A stretch of DNA of 64,000 bases, from assembly GCF_036321535.1 (NCBI RefSeq), contig NC_087437.1, forward strand, positions 16,990,001 to 17,054,000, given 5' to 3'. Shown here piece after piece: positions 44,249 through 57,851 of the stretch; the stretch's first letter is position 1; every line of letters starts with the position of its first letter. The notes under the pieces are model-generated. The model had not been told where the DNA came from, made no database searches, and worked only from the letters and a program-made list of their open reading frames with translations. The position numbers were made by a program, and so were the translations under genes. This stretch comes from Camelus dromedarius (lineage: Eukaryota).

Positions 44249-45633
44249 TGTAGTATCAGCCTTCAAGGTGATTCTGAATGACCCCTGCCTCCTTGTATTC
44301 ATGCCCTTCATAGAGTCTCTTCCCAAAATGAGTAAGGCTGACATGTATGATCAAAAGAATATCGGGGGAATTATGTTGTATGACTTTTGAGGGCTAGGTC
44401 ATAAAAGGCACAGAAGTGCCCACCTTACTCACTTCTGGATCACTCATTCTAGCGGAGGCTGGCAGCCTTGTCTTAAGAACACTCAAACAGTCCTACGGAG
44501 AGGTCCGCATGATGCGGATCTAAGGTCTACCAACAATCAGCACTAACTTGTCAACCATGTGGGTGTACCGTTATGGAAGTTGTAAATTAACTATCAAGCT
44601 TCCAGAGGTTAAAAAGCCTCAGCTAACATCTTAATTGCAACCCTATGAGAGATTCTGAGCCAAAAGAACAGCTAAGATACTCATAAGTTTCTGACCACAA
44701 AAACTATATGATAATGAATACTTACTGTTTTAAGCCTCTAAGTTTTGAAGCACAGTAGTCCCTCTCTTACCCATCGGGGATACATTCCAAGACCCCCAGT
44801 GGATGCCTGAAACTGCAGATAGTACCAAACCCTCTAAATACTATGTCTTTTCTGGTACAACTATGCCTATGATAAACTTTAATTCATAAATTAGGCACAG
44901 TAAGAGATTAATAATAACTAATAAAATAGAACAACTATAACAATTACTGTAATAAAACTTATGTAAATCTGATCTCTCTCTCTCTCTCTCTCTCAAAACA
45001 TCTTGAACAAATTTAATGCCTTTTCCATCTTCACTAAGCACTCCACGTACTGTGGCCATCACTTTTGCAGTCTGAGGTGTGACAGCAAAACTAAGACAAA
45101 TTTCTTTTTCCTTCCTCACAATTTCACAGATAGAAATTTGCTCTTAATGTGGATGTTAGTAACTTCAGCATACAATTTTTTTCTTTCCTTATTAAGTCTA
45201 GAACTTTCACCTTTTCACTTAAAGGAAGCACTTTATGACTTTTCTTTGGAATATCCGAATGCCAGCATCACTACTATTGTGCATTTGGGCCATTATTAAG
45301 CAAAGTAAGGGTTACTTGAACATAAGCACTGTGATTCTGTGACAGCTGATCTGATAACCCAGAACAGCTACTAAATGACTAACTGGCAGGGTACTCTGGA
45401 CAAAGGTATGATTCGTGTCCCTGGCAGAATGGAGAGGGACGAAGCTGGACTGTGCGAGATTTCATCACACTTCTCAGAATAGCATGCAATTTAAAACTTA
45501 TGAACTTTTATTCTGGAATTTTCCATTTAATATTTTTGGACTGTGGTTGACTGGTAACTAAAAGTATGGAAGGAAAAACAAAAAATAAGGAGGAACTGCT
45601 GTAAATTTTTTAATAGTAATAGATAACTAATAT
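44249..45633 (+). mobile_element. MLT1 (MLT1E/F-like) solo LTR, split by MER44
   Basis: Starts tgtagtatcagccttcaaggtgattctgaatgacccctgcctccttgtattcatgccc; breaks at ...ctgttttaagcctctaagttttgaag and finishes taatagtaatagataactaatata. Confidence 0.75.
44753..45601 (-). mobile_element. MER44 / Tigger7-family DNA transposon
   Basis: Termini cagtagtccctctcttacc...ggggatacattccaagacccccagtggatgcctgaaac and ...ataaggaggaactgctg(ta); internal (CT)n at ~44973. Confidence 0.8.
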
Positions 45634-46019
45634 AAACAGTAAAGGTAGAAAGTGAACCTGAGATATTTTGCTCTGAAAGAAAGCACTAAAAAAATGATAC
45701 CATGTCAAAATGACAAGAAGTTAGCCTGAAGGGGCTATCAGTCAAAATTAAGAAAATATGTATTTTTAAAACTTTTATTTTGGAAAATTTAAAAACATTA
45801 ATTCTGTCGTCGTTTTATCAATTCCCCTAAAGTTTCTTTTTCTTCTGTAGCATTTTAAGGCAAATTCTTGGTATATCATTTCACCTTTAATATTTAAGTA
45901 TGTCTCTAACAGGTGAAGATAAAAGAATAATCAAACTTTATATCTCCAACAAAATTAAACAATAATTCCTTACAATCATTTAATATCAAGTCCATAGTTT
46001 TCTCAATCTCCACTTTTTA

Positions 46020-49000
46020 GAGTCTTTCCTATATTCATATTTAATGTAATTTTTATATGGTTAAATTTATGTCAGCCATTGGGCTATTTGTTATCTATAT
46101 ATCTTACATTTACCCCCTCCCTTCCTGCTTTACTGCCTTCTTTGAGGTTAAATATTTTTTAGTGTACTATTATACTTTTTCTCTGTTGATTTTGTTTTTC
46201 TTTCTTAGGTATGAGTGGTTGCTCTAGGGATTAGAATATACTTCTTCAATTTATTATTATCAACTTCAGGTTAATAATGAATTAAATTACAGCAAAATAT
46301 AGCAGTTTTGCTCCAACATAGTTTCCTTTCCTTTATCCTTCTTCACGCTATTGTCACATATATCTATGTATCTTATAATCTTAATACTACAGTGCTATAA
46401 TTATTGCTTTAAATAATTTCATGTCACTTTAAAAAACTAAAAACAGTACATAGTACACATAGCCTTTCATATCCACCCACATATCTACCATTTGGTACTC
46501 TCCATTCTTTCCTGTGGATTAGTTACCATTCTTTAGAGACTGAAAGACTTCTTTTAGTATTTCTTCTAAGGCAAGTCTGCCAGCAACATGCCTTTCAACC
46601 TTTCTTTAAATGAAAATACTTTTATTTCACCTTCATATTTGAAAGGCAATTTTACTAGGTTTAGAATTCTTGTTTGGCAATTTTGTTGTGTTTTAGTGAT
46701 TATGTCATTCCACTGTCTTCTGGCCTCAACTGTTTCTGATGGGTCACCGGCTAATCCCACTGCTGCTGCCCTTCACATGAGTTCTTTTTCTCCTGCTGCT
46801 TTCAAGATTTTTTGTCTTTGTCTTTCAACAGCATGACTATCCTGTGTCTAGAGGTGGATCTTTTCTGTTTACACCACTTGGGTTTTGTTAAGCTTCTTGG
46901 ATCTGTGGACTAATGTTTCTCATCAAATTTGGGAACTTTAGGGTAATTATTTATTCGAATGTCTTTCCTTCCTGTCTCTTTCTTTCACTCCTTTCACTTC
47001 TTCCTAGGACTCCATTACACAAATTTGGTGTGCTTGATGTTGTCTTGCACATTTCTGAGACTGTTCATTTCTCTTCATCTTCCTTCCTGTTTTTCAGAAT
47101 GAATAATTTCCATTAATCTATCTTCATGTTCACTGTTTATTCTGTCATATCAAATCTGCTACTGAACTCATCTAATAAATTAAAAATTTTTGTTACTGTA
47201 CTTTTCAACTTGCAAATTTCCATTTAGAAATATGGAATTATTGAGATTCCCTATTTGTTATCATATTTTCTTGTAATTCTTTTAACATATTTCCTATAAT
47301 TCTTGACTAAATTTATAAAAAGTGCTCTGAAATATTTGCTAAAACCAAAAACTGGGCCTACTGAGAAAGCCATTTGTACTGTCTGCTTTTTTTCCTGAGT
47401 ATAGTCACACTGTACTGTTTCCTTGCATGGCTCCAATTTTTCTAGAAAAGTGGACATTCTGGGATAATATTTTGTATTAACTATGTATTTTAAAATTATT
47501 TTTCTAAGTTTCATTTAAACAAATTAATCTTAAACTGTATAATTTGTCTCCCATGATATGTGGCTTCTGCTTGGAATTTTTATTCTAATTTTTGTTTTTT
47601 AGCCTGTCCTCCTGGGCGTCTCCTCTGTGTTTCAATTGAGCACTGGTCAACTAATGATTTGGGCAAAGGTTGTGCTCAAATACTTCAAATTTATAAGGCT
47701 TCTCCCCTCTGAGACCTGATCTGTTTGTGGGGTAGAGAGCATATTCAAAGTTCAGACAGTTCTTAAGTTTGCTTGACTTTTATTTTCCACTGAGTTCTCT
47801 CAGGTCTCCTAGTCAGTCAGGAATGTGTGGAGGGTTTATTAATGGCTTTCTCATTTCCAGCATTTTGTAGTTAGATTCTTGCCTGGTCCACTGTTTTTAC
47901 CTACTGTGGACACAACCTCTGAATATCACAGCTATGGGTTTTCTTTGTTTCTACCAAGTTTGCCATTTCTAGTCAAGTTGTGGACATTTCCCTCTTGTCC
48001 CATATTGAATCTGCTCCCTTTGACAGCAAAGCTGCTGGTATTTGCAAACAGTGCCACTTCGGTAAAACTACAGATGTCACCAATCAAGCTTGTTGGCTGT
48101 GTGTGTACTGTAACCCTAGGAAAGAAGGCTGTAGACTCCTACTGCTTTAGCTTTACCTGAAGCTTTAGCAGTTTTTCAAGAATACAGGCAAACCTTGTCA
48201 CATTATACTTTGCAGATATGGCACGCAGGCATCCATTCATTTATTTACTCATTCATTCAAAAAATTGGAGCTTTGTGGCAACCCTGTGTCCAGCAAGTCT
48301 ATCGGCATAATTTTCCCAACAGCATTTGCTCAATGTATGTCTCTGTGCCACATTTTGGTAATTCTTGCTATATTTCAAACCTTTTCATATTATTATTGTA
48401 TTTGTTGTGGTGATCTGTGATCAATGATCTTTGATGTTGCCACTGTAATTGTTTTGGGGCACCATAAACCACACCCATATAAGATGGGGAACTTACTCGA
48501 TAAATGCTGTGTTACTGCTCTACCAAACAGGTGTTTCCCCATCTCTCTCCCTTTCCTTCAGCCTTCCTACTCCCTGAGACTCAATACTATTGAAATAAGG
48601 CCAATTAATAATCTACAATGGCCTCTAAGTGTTCAGGTAAAAAGGAGAGTCACACATCTCTCACTTTAAACCAAAAGCTAGACATGATTAAGCTTGGAGA
48701 GAAAGGCACGTTGAAAGCTGAGACAGGTTGAAAACTAGGCATCTTGTGCCAGTTAGCCAAACTGAGAAAGCAAAGGAAAAGAAAATACTACTTCAGTGAA
48801 TACATGAACGATAAGAAAGTGAAATAGCCTTATTGCTGACATGGAAGAAGTTCTAGTAGTCTGGACAGAAAATCAAACCAGCTACAACATTCCCTTAAGC
48901 CAAAGCCTAAGCCAGAGGAAGGCACTCATTCTCTTCATCTTTGAAGGCTGAGAGGAGTGAGGAAACCGAGAAGAAAAGTTTGAAGCTAGCAGAGATTAGT

Positions 49001-50300
49001 TCATGAGGTTTAAGAAAAGAAGTCATCTCCATAACATGAAAGTTCAAGATGAAGCAGCAGGTGCTGATACAGAAGCTGCAGCAAGTTACACAGAAGCTCT
49101 AGCTAAGATAATGAAGGTGGCTACTCTAAACAGAAGATTTTCAATGTAGACAAAAACAGCATTACATTAAAAGAAGCCATCTAGGACATTCACAGCTAGA
49201 GAGAAGTCAATGCCTAGCTTCGAAGTTTCAAAGCACAGGCTTACTCTCTTGTTAGGGGCTACGGCAGTTGATAACTTTAAGTTTCAGTCAATGCTCATTT
49301 ACCATTCTGAGAATCCTAGGGATCTTAAGAAATATGCTCAATTTACACTGTGTTAGTTCCAGATGGAACAATAAAGCCTGGTTAAACGTACAACTGTTGA
49401 CAACACGGCTTAGTGAATATTTTAAATCCACTACTGAGACCTATTACTCAAAATATTACTGCTCGTTGACAATGCACCTGGTCACCCAAGAGCTCTAATG
49501 GGCATGCACAGTGAGAATAATGTTGTTTTCATGCCTCCTAACACTACTTCCATTCTGTAGCCCATGGATCAAGGAGTAATTTTGACTTTCAAGTTTTATT
49601 AGTTAAGAAATATGTTTCGTAAGGCTATAGCTGTCACAGATAGTGACTCCTCTGATGGATCTGGGCAAAGTTCATTGAAAACCTTTTGGAAAGGATTCAG
49701 CATTCTAGATGCCGTTAAGAGCACTCATGATTCATAAGAAGACGTCAAAATATCAACACTAACAAGAGTATGGAAGAAGCTGACTCCAATCCTCACGGAT
49801 GACTTTGAGGGGCTAGAGGAAGGAACTGCAAATGTGGTGGAAATAGCAAGAGAACTAGAATTCTAGGTGGAGCCTGAAGATGTGATTGAATTGCTGCAAT
49901 CATAAGATAAAACTTTAACAGATGAGGACCTGCTGCTTATAAATGAGCAAAGAGAGCAGTTCCCTGAGATGGGATCTATTCCTGGTGAAGACTGTTGAAA
50001 TGACAACAAGAGATTTAGAATATTACATGAAGATTACATTACTTGAAAGGACTGACTCCAATTCTGAAAGAAGTTCTATGGTAGGTCAAATGAGATCAAA
50101 CAGCATTGCACGTTCAGATAAATTGTTTGTGAAAGGAAGAGTTCATCAAAGAGGCAAACTTCATTGCTATCTTTCTTATTTTAAAATTTAAAATTTATTT
50201 GGTGAATTTCCAGAGCCCTGATGGTTTTTGGATAGTATTTTCAGTTTTATACATTTTGATATAGAGGAACTGCTTGCCTCTTCACACTGCAAGAGACAGT
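46020..50300 (-). mobile_element. Old L1 5'/ORF1 region, interrupted by Tigger1
   Basis: Minus ORF 46566..46760 (SETVEARRQWNDI...CQTRILNLVKLPFKYEGEIKVF) is the L1 ORF1 C-terminus; L1 text resumes after ~50190. Confidence 0.8.
48185..50190 (+). mobile_element. Near-full-length decayed Tigger1 (pogo-like transposase pseudogene), right end missing
   Basis: Begins ta|caggcaaacct; transposase remnants include tttgaagctagcagag, gattttcaatgtagacaaaaca, gttgacaatgcacctggtcacccaagagc (DNAPGHPR) and cccatggatcaaggagtaatt (PMDQGVI); many stops and frameshifts. Confidence 0.9.
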
Positions 50301-50329
50301 CTTTCCATCTGTGATTATCTCAATTCATC

Positions 50330-50480
50330 TTGAATACAAATAACACTTGTATTATTATTCCCATATTACAGATAAGGAAATTAAGGCACAAAGAAAATAA
50401 TCAACTATTCAGAGATTACACAGCTGGTAAGTGGAAGAGCTTGTAGAACTAGGCAGTTTGCTTTCAGAGCCTTTCTGTAC
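50330..50480 (-). mobile_element. MIR SINE
   Basis: cccatattacagataaggaaattaaggcacaaaga...acacagctggtaagtgg. Confidence 0.7.
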
Positions 50481-50742
50481 TTCTAACAAATAACAAATGT
50501 GAAAATTCTTAAGATTATAAATTAGAGAAGCAGGCACAGGTGCTATAGGAACATGGATGAAAAGAATCTATTTTTGGAACCTGAGTATAGTAGACAGGAT
50601 ATAAAGATGAACCTCCACAGCAAATACTATTTACAAAAATTCCATGTTTTTAGGGATACATACACCAGTAAAATTTTCAAATATTTAAGACAGTTTATTA
50701 CATTAAAAGCTTTTTTGTAGATTTCTCACTAATGTAACTTAC

Positions 50743-50846
50743 TCTCTTGCCGGTACCCCTTCCCACTGGAGGATGTGCCTCAGCAGCTTGACGAATTGTA
50801 CAAACCATTAGCTCTATAAGAGCACTCTCTTGACGGTCAGACATTG
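50743..50846 (-). CDS. STAG1: STAG1 exon (~exon 16, 104 bp): [35 protein letters not shown]
   Basis: Acceptor ctttag|CA, donor AGA|gtaagt; lies within ORF 50698..50901. Confidence 0.97.
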
Positions 50847-51199
50847 CTAAAGTGAAACAGAACACATTAGTATGAGTGGATAGTTTTACAATAAGCATCA
50901 ATTAAAAAGGAACACAATTATTTAAAAAAACCACAAACACATTTCATTACTTATTTTAAAGACTAAAGTTAAGCCCTTTGTCCTTTGTCTTTCTTTAAGA
51001 ATAATACGTGCTTGTCATTAAGTCAAACAAGAAAGAGATATACAAAGTAAAGAAAAAGAGGATAAACTCTGGTTTCTTCTACACTTGGTCTCTTGTAATA
51101 CCAAACTTCTGAATTAGGCAATGTCAAAATTTTCCTTCTATATCATTTCAAAGCTCATATATGTTTCCTGTTTTTTAATAAAAGAACATGATATATCTT

Positions 51200-53020
51200 T
51201 AACAACAGATTCTGAGTATCTTTCAAGTCACTACATGACACATATAAAAAATTATCTTAAATAATTACAAGCTATTACATAATTTGTGTTGTACAATTTA
51301 TTCAAACTTCTCCTACTAACACTCACTCAAATTTCCCCAAAGTTTTGTCACTATAAACAATGCTGAATAAGTATCTTAAATACACATGTATTTATGTAGC
51401 TGATGCTTTTATTTCTGTAGAACAAATTTCAAGAGAGGGAATAAGCAGTCAAAGATTAAAATCTCAGTACTGACAAATGAATAAGGTTATTTACTGCTAT
51501 TCAAATCTATACCTACAACGATGAGAATGTTTGGTTCCTCACCATCCCTGCCAACACTTGATGTTATAAATCCTTTTAACTTTTGCCAATCCAATGACTG
51601 AAAAGTGGTATTTGTTATTTAGCTCCATCCTAATTACTAATTAGTGCAGTGTATTTCCTTATTTATTAGTTTAGAATTTCTTTTCTGAGACTCTTCTCAG
51701 AATAAAGAATAAACATTCTTTGCTCACTTTTTCTACTGTTATTCACCTTTCTTGAATTCTTATGTATTAGTAGTGTTGTCTTTAAATGATGCAGGTAATT
51801 TTCTTCCAGTTTATTTTTTTGTTTTTAGACTCTTCATGTATCTTTTGTTAGAAATTATATTTTTACAAAGTCATATCTGTACTGATTTGTTTTATGGCTT
51901 CTATAGTTTTTTTTTTCTTTCCAGTTTTTTTGAGATATAGTTGACATAGGGTACCATACAGGTTTAAGCTGTACAATGCAATAATTTAACTTACACATAT
52001 CATGAAATAATTACCACAGTAAGTTTAGTTAACATCTATTATCTCATATTGATACAAAAAGGCTTGTGGGTTTCTTACATTGCTTTCAAAGATACAAGGT
52101 TTCTTTGTCCCAGAGATTACAGAAATACGTTTTCTTCCATCTCTATTGCTTGTTTTTACATCTTTAATCTGTCTGAAATTTATTTCTGTTGAAAGTATCA
52201 ATATGGGCCCGTTTATTGGCACCAAATGAGCAGCCAATTATGCCTTCACCATTATTAAATAAACCAGTTTTCCTTTTGAATGTAAATGTCACCTTTTAAC
52301 ATGTTTTAGGTGTTCATATATACTTAGATCTATTTCTGGATTCTTTATTTCATTTCACTAATCTATTTACATTACAATGCCACATTTTTGATTATAGTGA
52401 CTTTATATATTATAATATTCATTAATATGTAACTTAATGTAATTTGAATATTTAGTTGAACAAATTTCCCTTATCTAGTCCTTTTCCTATAATCTTTGAT
52501 TTCTACAAAGCTAGTAACAATTTATAAGAATTTTCTATGTATAATGCACAATTATAAGTGATTTATATGCATTTAACTTGTTTTATCCTTAAAACAATTT
52601 CAAGAGATAAGAATTAATATCCTCACACTTTACAGATGGGGAAAGTGAACCAAAGAGCATTCAAAGCATTCAGCAAGTAGTAAAGCCAAAGCCTGTGCTC
52701 CTAAGGACTATGCCATACTACATTTTTCACGTAAGCCTAAAATTCTATGTAAACTTTGAAATCATTTTGCTTTTAGTTCCTCCTCTCACCTCACTGTCCA
52801 GAACTCTCTCCGACCCACTGGAATTTGAACTGGTATTTTAGGAAAATTACACATTACACTGGGAAGAACTGACATTTTAATAATCTCTTCAGCCAAGGAA
52901 CGTGATATAGCTCTTCATGTCAGATCTTATTTGACATTTAACAAAACATTATGATTTTCTCCACATTGATTCTGTACTTTCCTTGCTGAATTCATTTCTG
53001 TGTATTTTTTAAAGACAGAT
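51200..53020 (-). mobile_element. Old antisense L1 fragments with an L1MA-like 3' end (~51925-52060) and a MIR (~52510-52720)
   Basis: atccctgccaacacttgatgttat...; tttgagatatagttgacat...accacagtaagtttagttaacatc; cactttacagatggggaaagtga. Confidence 0.6.
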
Positions 53021-53879
53021 TTGGAGACTAATTTGAATAGTTTAATTTTATCCTTCTGCCTCCCTCCCTCTCTGTTCCTTTCTCTGTATACTTATAATGT
53101 TAAAGACCAATAGATGTGGGGATTACAGAGACAGAACTTGGTATAAATTAAAAGTAAAAAAAGATTAAGCTTTAGAAGTGGAGAAGCTTATATTGATTAT
53201 TTTAAAATAAACTGGGGCAACAGCAATGAAAAGGCAAACAAAGGCATGACATTTTGTCCTTTATTCTGCATCAAAATCATCCTGAACAGGAATATATATG
53301 TACATCTTAATCATTTTTTGTTCTAATATTTTAATTGTGGTAGGAAAAACACATGAACTTCAGCTTGTCTTAGGAAAACCACAAGAAACAGCTTCAGCTT
53401 TGCACTTACACTCCCTGATCCAGTGCCTAATAATATGAAAAAGCCTTCTACTCAATGAAACAACCAAGTTTCTATTTTATGATTCTAGAATTTCATAATT
53501 TTCACATTTGGCTGGGGATAAAGTAATGACAAAATTGTCTTATGAACTAAATGTATGTTCTTTTATTTATGAAAAAAATCTAGTTCTATGGAAAGTAAGG
53601 AGAGAACAACTTTTCTCAAGTATGGAAACATTCCCCTACAATACACTAAAATCCATGTTAGTGCTGAAGATGAAATGAATCTTATACAGTGTCCAATGCC
53701 AACTTTTTTGTTACTTAGTTTGTAATTTGAAACCTCTTTTGGGATACTGCAAAATGAAATAATAACATTGAAAGCAAAGTAAGCCTTAAGGCACAAACAA
53801 GAGCCAAGCAATCAAAAAGGCTGAAAGCAATGGGTTGCTGTTCACACTATGAATTATCAGATAACTACATAACTTTCTA

Positions 53880-54850
53880 AGTCTTCAGAAACCTCCTTAC
53901 ACACTATCTCCATTTCCTCATTAATGATTTTATTCTTATGACCTTGAATTATGCCTTTCTCCCTATTACCACTGAAAAGAAACACTTAGAAGTCATCAAT
54001 GACCTAAATCTTCACCAAAGCTAATGATCTTTGCATAGTTCTTTTTCTCCTCTGCAATACATATTATTAACTACAGCTCCTTGCTGTGCTTTTATAGGGT
54101 ATAATTATTTCTGATCATCCTTTTTATATAGCTTGCTATCTTTCTTGCTCTTCCTGCTTTTGTCCCCTCCTTATCCACAATATTTAAAACTCACCATGGC
54201 CTCTTTCCTTCTATAATTCATCTCTGTCTTCTATACTTTATCATTTACCATGAGACCACTGCAACAGTTATCTAATTAATTTTCTGCCTATTCTAAACCA
54301 TGCTGACGAAAAGCATTTTTCTTAAAATATGAATTTGATCACATCACTCCCCTGTTTAAAATCCTTCAATGGCTTCCTATTACACTTAGAATCAACTAAA
54401 TAAATCCACTTATGAACTTAAATGTTCTGCCTCTATCTCATCTAGTGCCCCTGGCTCACTATGCTCTAGTTACTGCAGCTCCTGGAATGTAACAATGTCA
54501 TCTGTGCTTCAGATACACTGCTATTGCTATTTCCTCTATCTAGGTAGCTCTTTTTTGACACCTTCCACGGCTAGTCCTCATCTTTTAGATTCTTGGCTCA
54601 CAGGTTGCCTCCATAGAGAGATCTGCCTTTCAGGATTCAAAATAAAGATGGATCCCTTCTTATTATTATCATCTATAACAGAGACACATTAACTTTTGAA
54701 ATTATTTTGTTTAGTTAGTTTTGGTCTGCTTTCCCCACTTGAATGTAGCTATGGGCAGTGAGCTGACCTTTCTTAAAACTGCACCCTCAGTGCTTAGTAT
54801 AACAGCATATAGAAGGTAGTCAATAAATATTTGTAAATTATACATGAATT
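53880..54850 (+). mobile_element. L2 3' fragment
   Basis: gatcacatcactcccctgtttaaaatccttcaatggcttcc...; end gtgcttagtataacagcatatagaaggtagtcaataaatatttg. Confidence 0.75.
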
Positions 54851-54930
54851 AATGATCCCCTATTTGAAGAATTCTTATTCATATTACTTCAACTTAATCA
54901 CAGAATTCTAGCATTAGAAATGACCCCAGA

Positions 54931-55075
54931 GTTGGGGGTGGTGGGGGGATAGCTCAGTGGCAGACTGCAGGCTTAGCATGTACAAGGTCCTGGATTCAAT
55001 CCCTAGTACCTCTGTTAAAAAAAAATTAAGTAAATAAATAAATAAACAAACCTAATTACCTTCTCACACAAAAAA
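54931..55075 (+). mobile_element. tRNA-derived SINE, camelid (Vic-1-like)
   Basis: A box atagctcagtgg, B-box-like ggattcaatccc, (taaa)n linker, aaacctaattacct and A tail; TSD agaaatgaccccaga (54916-54930) / agaaatgaccacaga (55076-55090). Confidence 0.85.
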
Positions 55076-57722
55076 AGAAATGACCACAGAAGATTATCTA
55101 ATCAAAGGGCCTTTTTCGATAAATGAAGAAGCTGAAACCCAGAGAAGTTATATGACTTAGGTATGGCCCTGTTTTTGCCTGTTTACCTGTTATGCAGATG
55201 CTCACATTATACTAAAAATTTATCCAGCAATTGGTTTACACTGTAGAATTCACCCTCCTCCCCTTCCCCAAAAACCTCTGTCCCTTAAAAACACTGCAAG
55301 ATAGTCTTGTAGCAGTTGTGATTTAAATTTCTACTGGTAGTCTTTGACAATGTATCTGTTTTCCCAAATTTTAGTCTTGTATCTGCAACTGCCAACTGGA
55401 CTTTCATCCACTGGAGTATCTATCATAATTCACCTACCTGAAATATAACTTATTTTCTAATTAGTCTTAAGAAAATAAGTTCAGTTACTAGTGGCATTTT
55501 GTTATCAATAAAATACAGCGAAACACTAGCTCAGAAAATTGATTTGGATACCATTCCATACCAGAGTTTATCTATGGCACAGCATGCATATGGACAAACG
55601 TATGAAAAAAAGTTGAATCATGATGTCAGAGGGTTCTGGACTTGTTATAAATAAGTTCTCCAGCCTTGCCTTCCCAGATTCAATTGTACCCGTTTTAAAA
55701 CTGGTTCACTTAAAATTTTTTCCAATTTTAAAAACAATTCACTCTTCTGGTTAAAATCAAACCAACCAAACCCAAGCCACACCAAGCCAATTTCTTGACT
55801 GAATGCTAAAAACGTAACATCAACTAAATTTAAACCACAAAGAAAACCTAATATACATAGTTATTTCAACAAGGTAAATCTATCTAGAACACTCTGATGA
55901 CTGACAGACAAAGTAATTACTATTTTCTGCCTAACACATCTTATTAAAATGAGAGTAAAAAGTTAATAATAACAAATCACAGCACCTTGAATCTTCCTCA
56001 CTTCTCCTTGGAAATACCTTTTAGAGCATAGGGTGACAAAAAGAAAAATGGCCTGGAATCATAAATGAGAAGCGTAACCTACTCTTATCTGGTAATCTGC
56101 TGATTCTACAGCCATAAGCAAGGGAAGGAAAACGTACTATTAAATGTACTATTAAATGTACTGGGCTGTAGTGATTAGAAAAGAAACTGATTTACTAGGG
56201 AAAATATTAAGATTAGTTAAAAACAGACTTAGGAAGTCAGTGAACTTAGCAGGAACACATATGAGTAAATAAAGAGGAGAATCTTTAGAATGTATGTTCA
56301 TATTTCTCTGATCACTTCAAAAGTGAAAGGAATCCAGAGTCCAGCTGAGAGTTTGACCTAATCAGTAGAAGGCCTTGTCAACTTAATAACAGAGCCATCT
56401 TCCTACCAAAGATATGGAGGGAAAAAGCACATGACAAGTAAATAACAGAGGTGGGGCAAATGTACCACAATAAACACTATCCTGAAAGAAGGGCTAGGAA
56501 ATTTGGGGGAAGGATTTGTGTTACAGATTAAGAATGAGGTTGTGAGGCAAATACTTTGAATTTAAAAGAAACAATTTTGGCCAGTTTACTGGAGTGTATC
56601 TGGGTATGATGCACAGCTGCTGCTTCTCTCACTGAACTTTGTCAAAGCCAGAGCAGATGATACCAATCAGCATCTCTGCTTGGAAGGAGTACTGGGGGAT
56701 GATCACTATCCTGTTTAAGTAGTCTGCTGCAAGTGATGGCTCACTCTGCTTTTATATACCAGAGGGCTGAACCACACAGAAGAGTAGGGGAAACAGAATA
56801 GAGAATCAATACTATACTATTTCACTTAATCCTCACAATGACTATATAACAGAAATAAGAAAAATAATCTCTACATTATAACAATGAAAAGGAAGCTAAG
56901 GATCAGAAAACATGAAGACATTAGTCACAAAGGATAGAGTTAAAAATCTGAATCTATTTCTTTTGATTCTAAAGTCCATGTTTAGTTCATTATAAACCTC
57001 ACTTACATTGAGGTATCATCTATATTCCAGGACCGTTGTATGGATTACATGTAATAGCAGTTCTTTGAAGTACTATTATAGGCTAGACTGAAAAATAAGC
57101 TACATAGAGGAAAAAACATTTCTAGTTTTGAAGAGCTAATACTCATAAGCTTTTAGACTATAAATGCTTTATTAAGTATACATATCCATTCTGCTGTTCA
57201 TGTTATTATGTAACATGTAATAAGATACATACTTCAGAAATTATCATATAGCAATTATTTTCCCTATTTCTTGAATAACTAGGTAAGTGACTTTATTTTT
57301 GATTTCCTGATTTTAATATTTAAGAAAATATAACAAAAGAGGGGATGACCATGGTCTAATTAAATCCTTGTATGTGAAAGGCTAAGTGGACATATATTGC
57401 AAAATGTTTCTGGATGTATTTTTTTTAATGTTAGGTACATCAGTATTTTGTGTCTCAAGTTAGCATAAAGAAAAGCTTTTTGAGTATTACATGACATTCA
57501 TAGGAATTTTGAAAACTTGTGTGCTTGTGTGGCATGGTAGCAGTCCTAATCTAGAAAGATGTTATATACTATTGAGATATCTTTGCTTGTTAACAGGAAA
57601 CAAACTGTTTTCTTTGCAAAAAAGACACACAGCATGCTTGCATGTACTCATTTTTAAGAAATGATCTATAAGGGATATGATTATTAATGGAAACCCAAAA
57701 CAATATGTAAGTCAACTTATCA

Positions 57723-57851
<129 letters not shown>

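Larger units (their letters stand above)
43390..45765 (+). mobile_element. Old L1 (L1MC-like) 3' region hosting nested MLT1 and MER44 insertions
   Basis: ttgactcagcaatcccactt at ~43451; L1 text ends ...aaaaggaacaagagctagtgggagac (~44230) and resumes ~45635 gtaaaggtagaaagtgaacctg. Confidence 0.55.

Noticed and set aside
48195..50191. Several ORFs suggesting an active transposase or TIGD-like gene
   Set aside because: The Tigger1 copy has many stops and frameshifts; the listed ORFs are off-frame or outside the transposase.
54945..55012. tRNA-like sequence
   Set aside because: It has an A-rich tail, SINE 3' motif, TSD and degenerate stems, so it is a SINE rather than a tRNA gene.
55985..56075. 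Possible micro-exon signals on the minus strand (ttccag|GCC...AAG|gtattt)
   Set aside because: Weak, ambiguous donors and several competing AGs; no better than background.
56134..56162. Short tandem micro-duplications (also ~13566-13593, ~19561-19593, ~37049-37069)
   Set aside because: Ordinary 10-14 bp slippage repeats with no spacer-repeat array structure.
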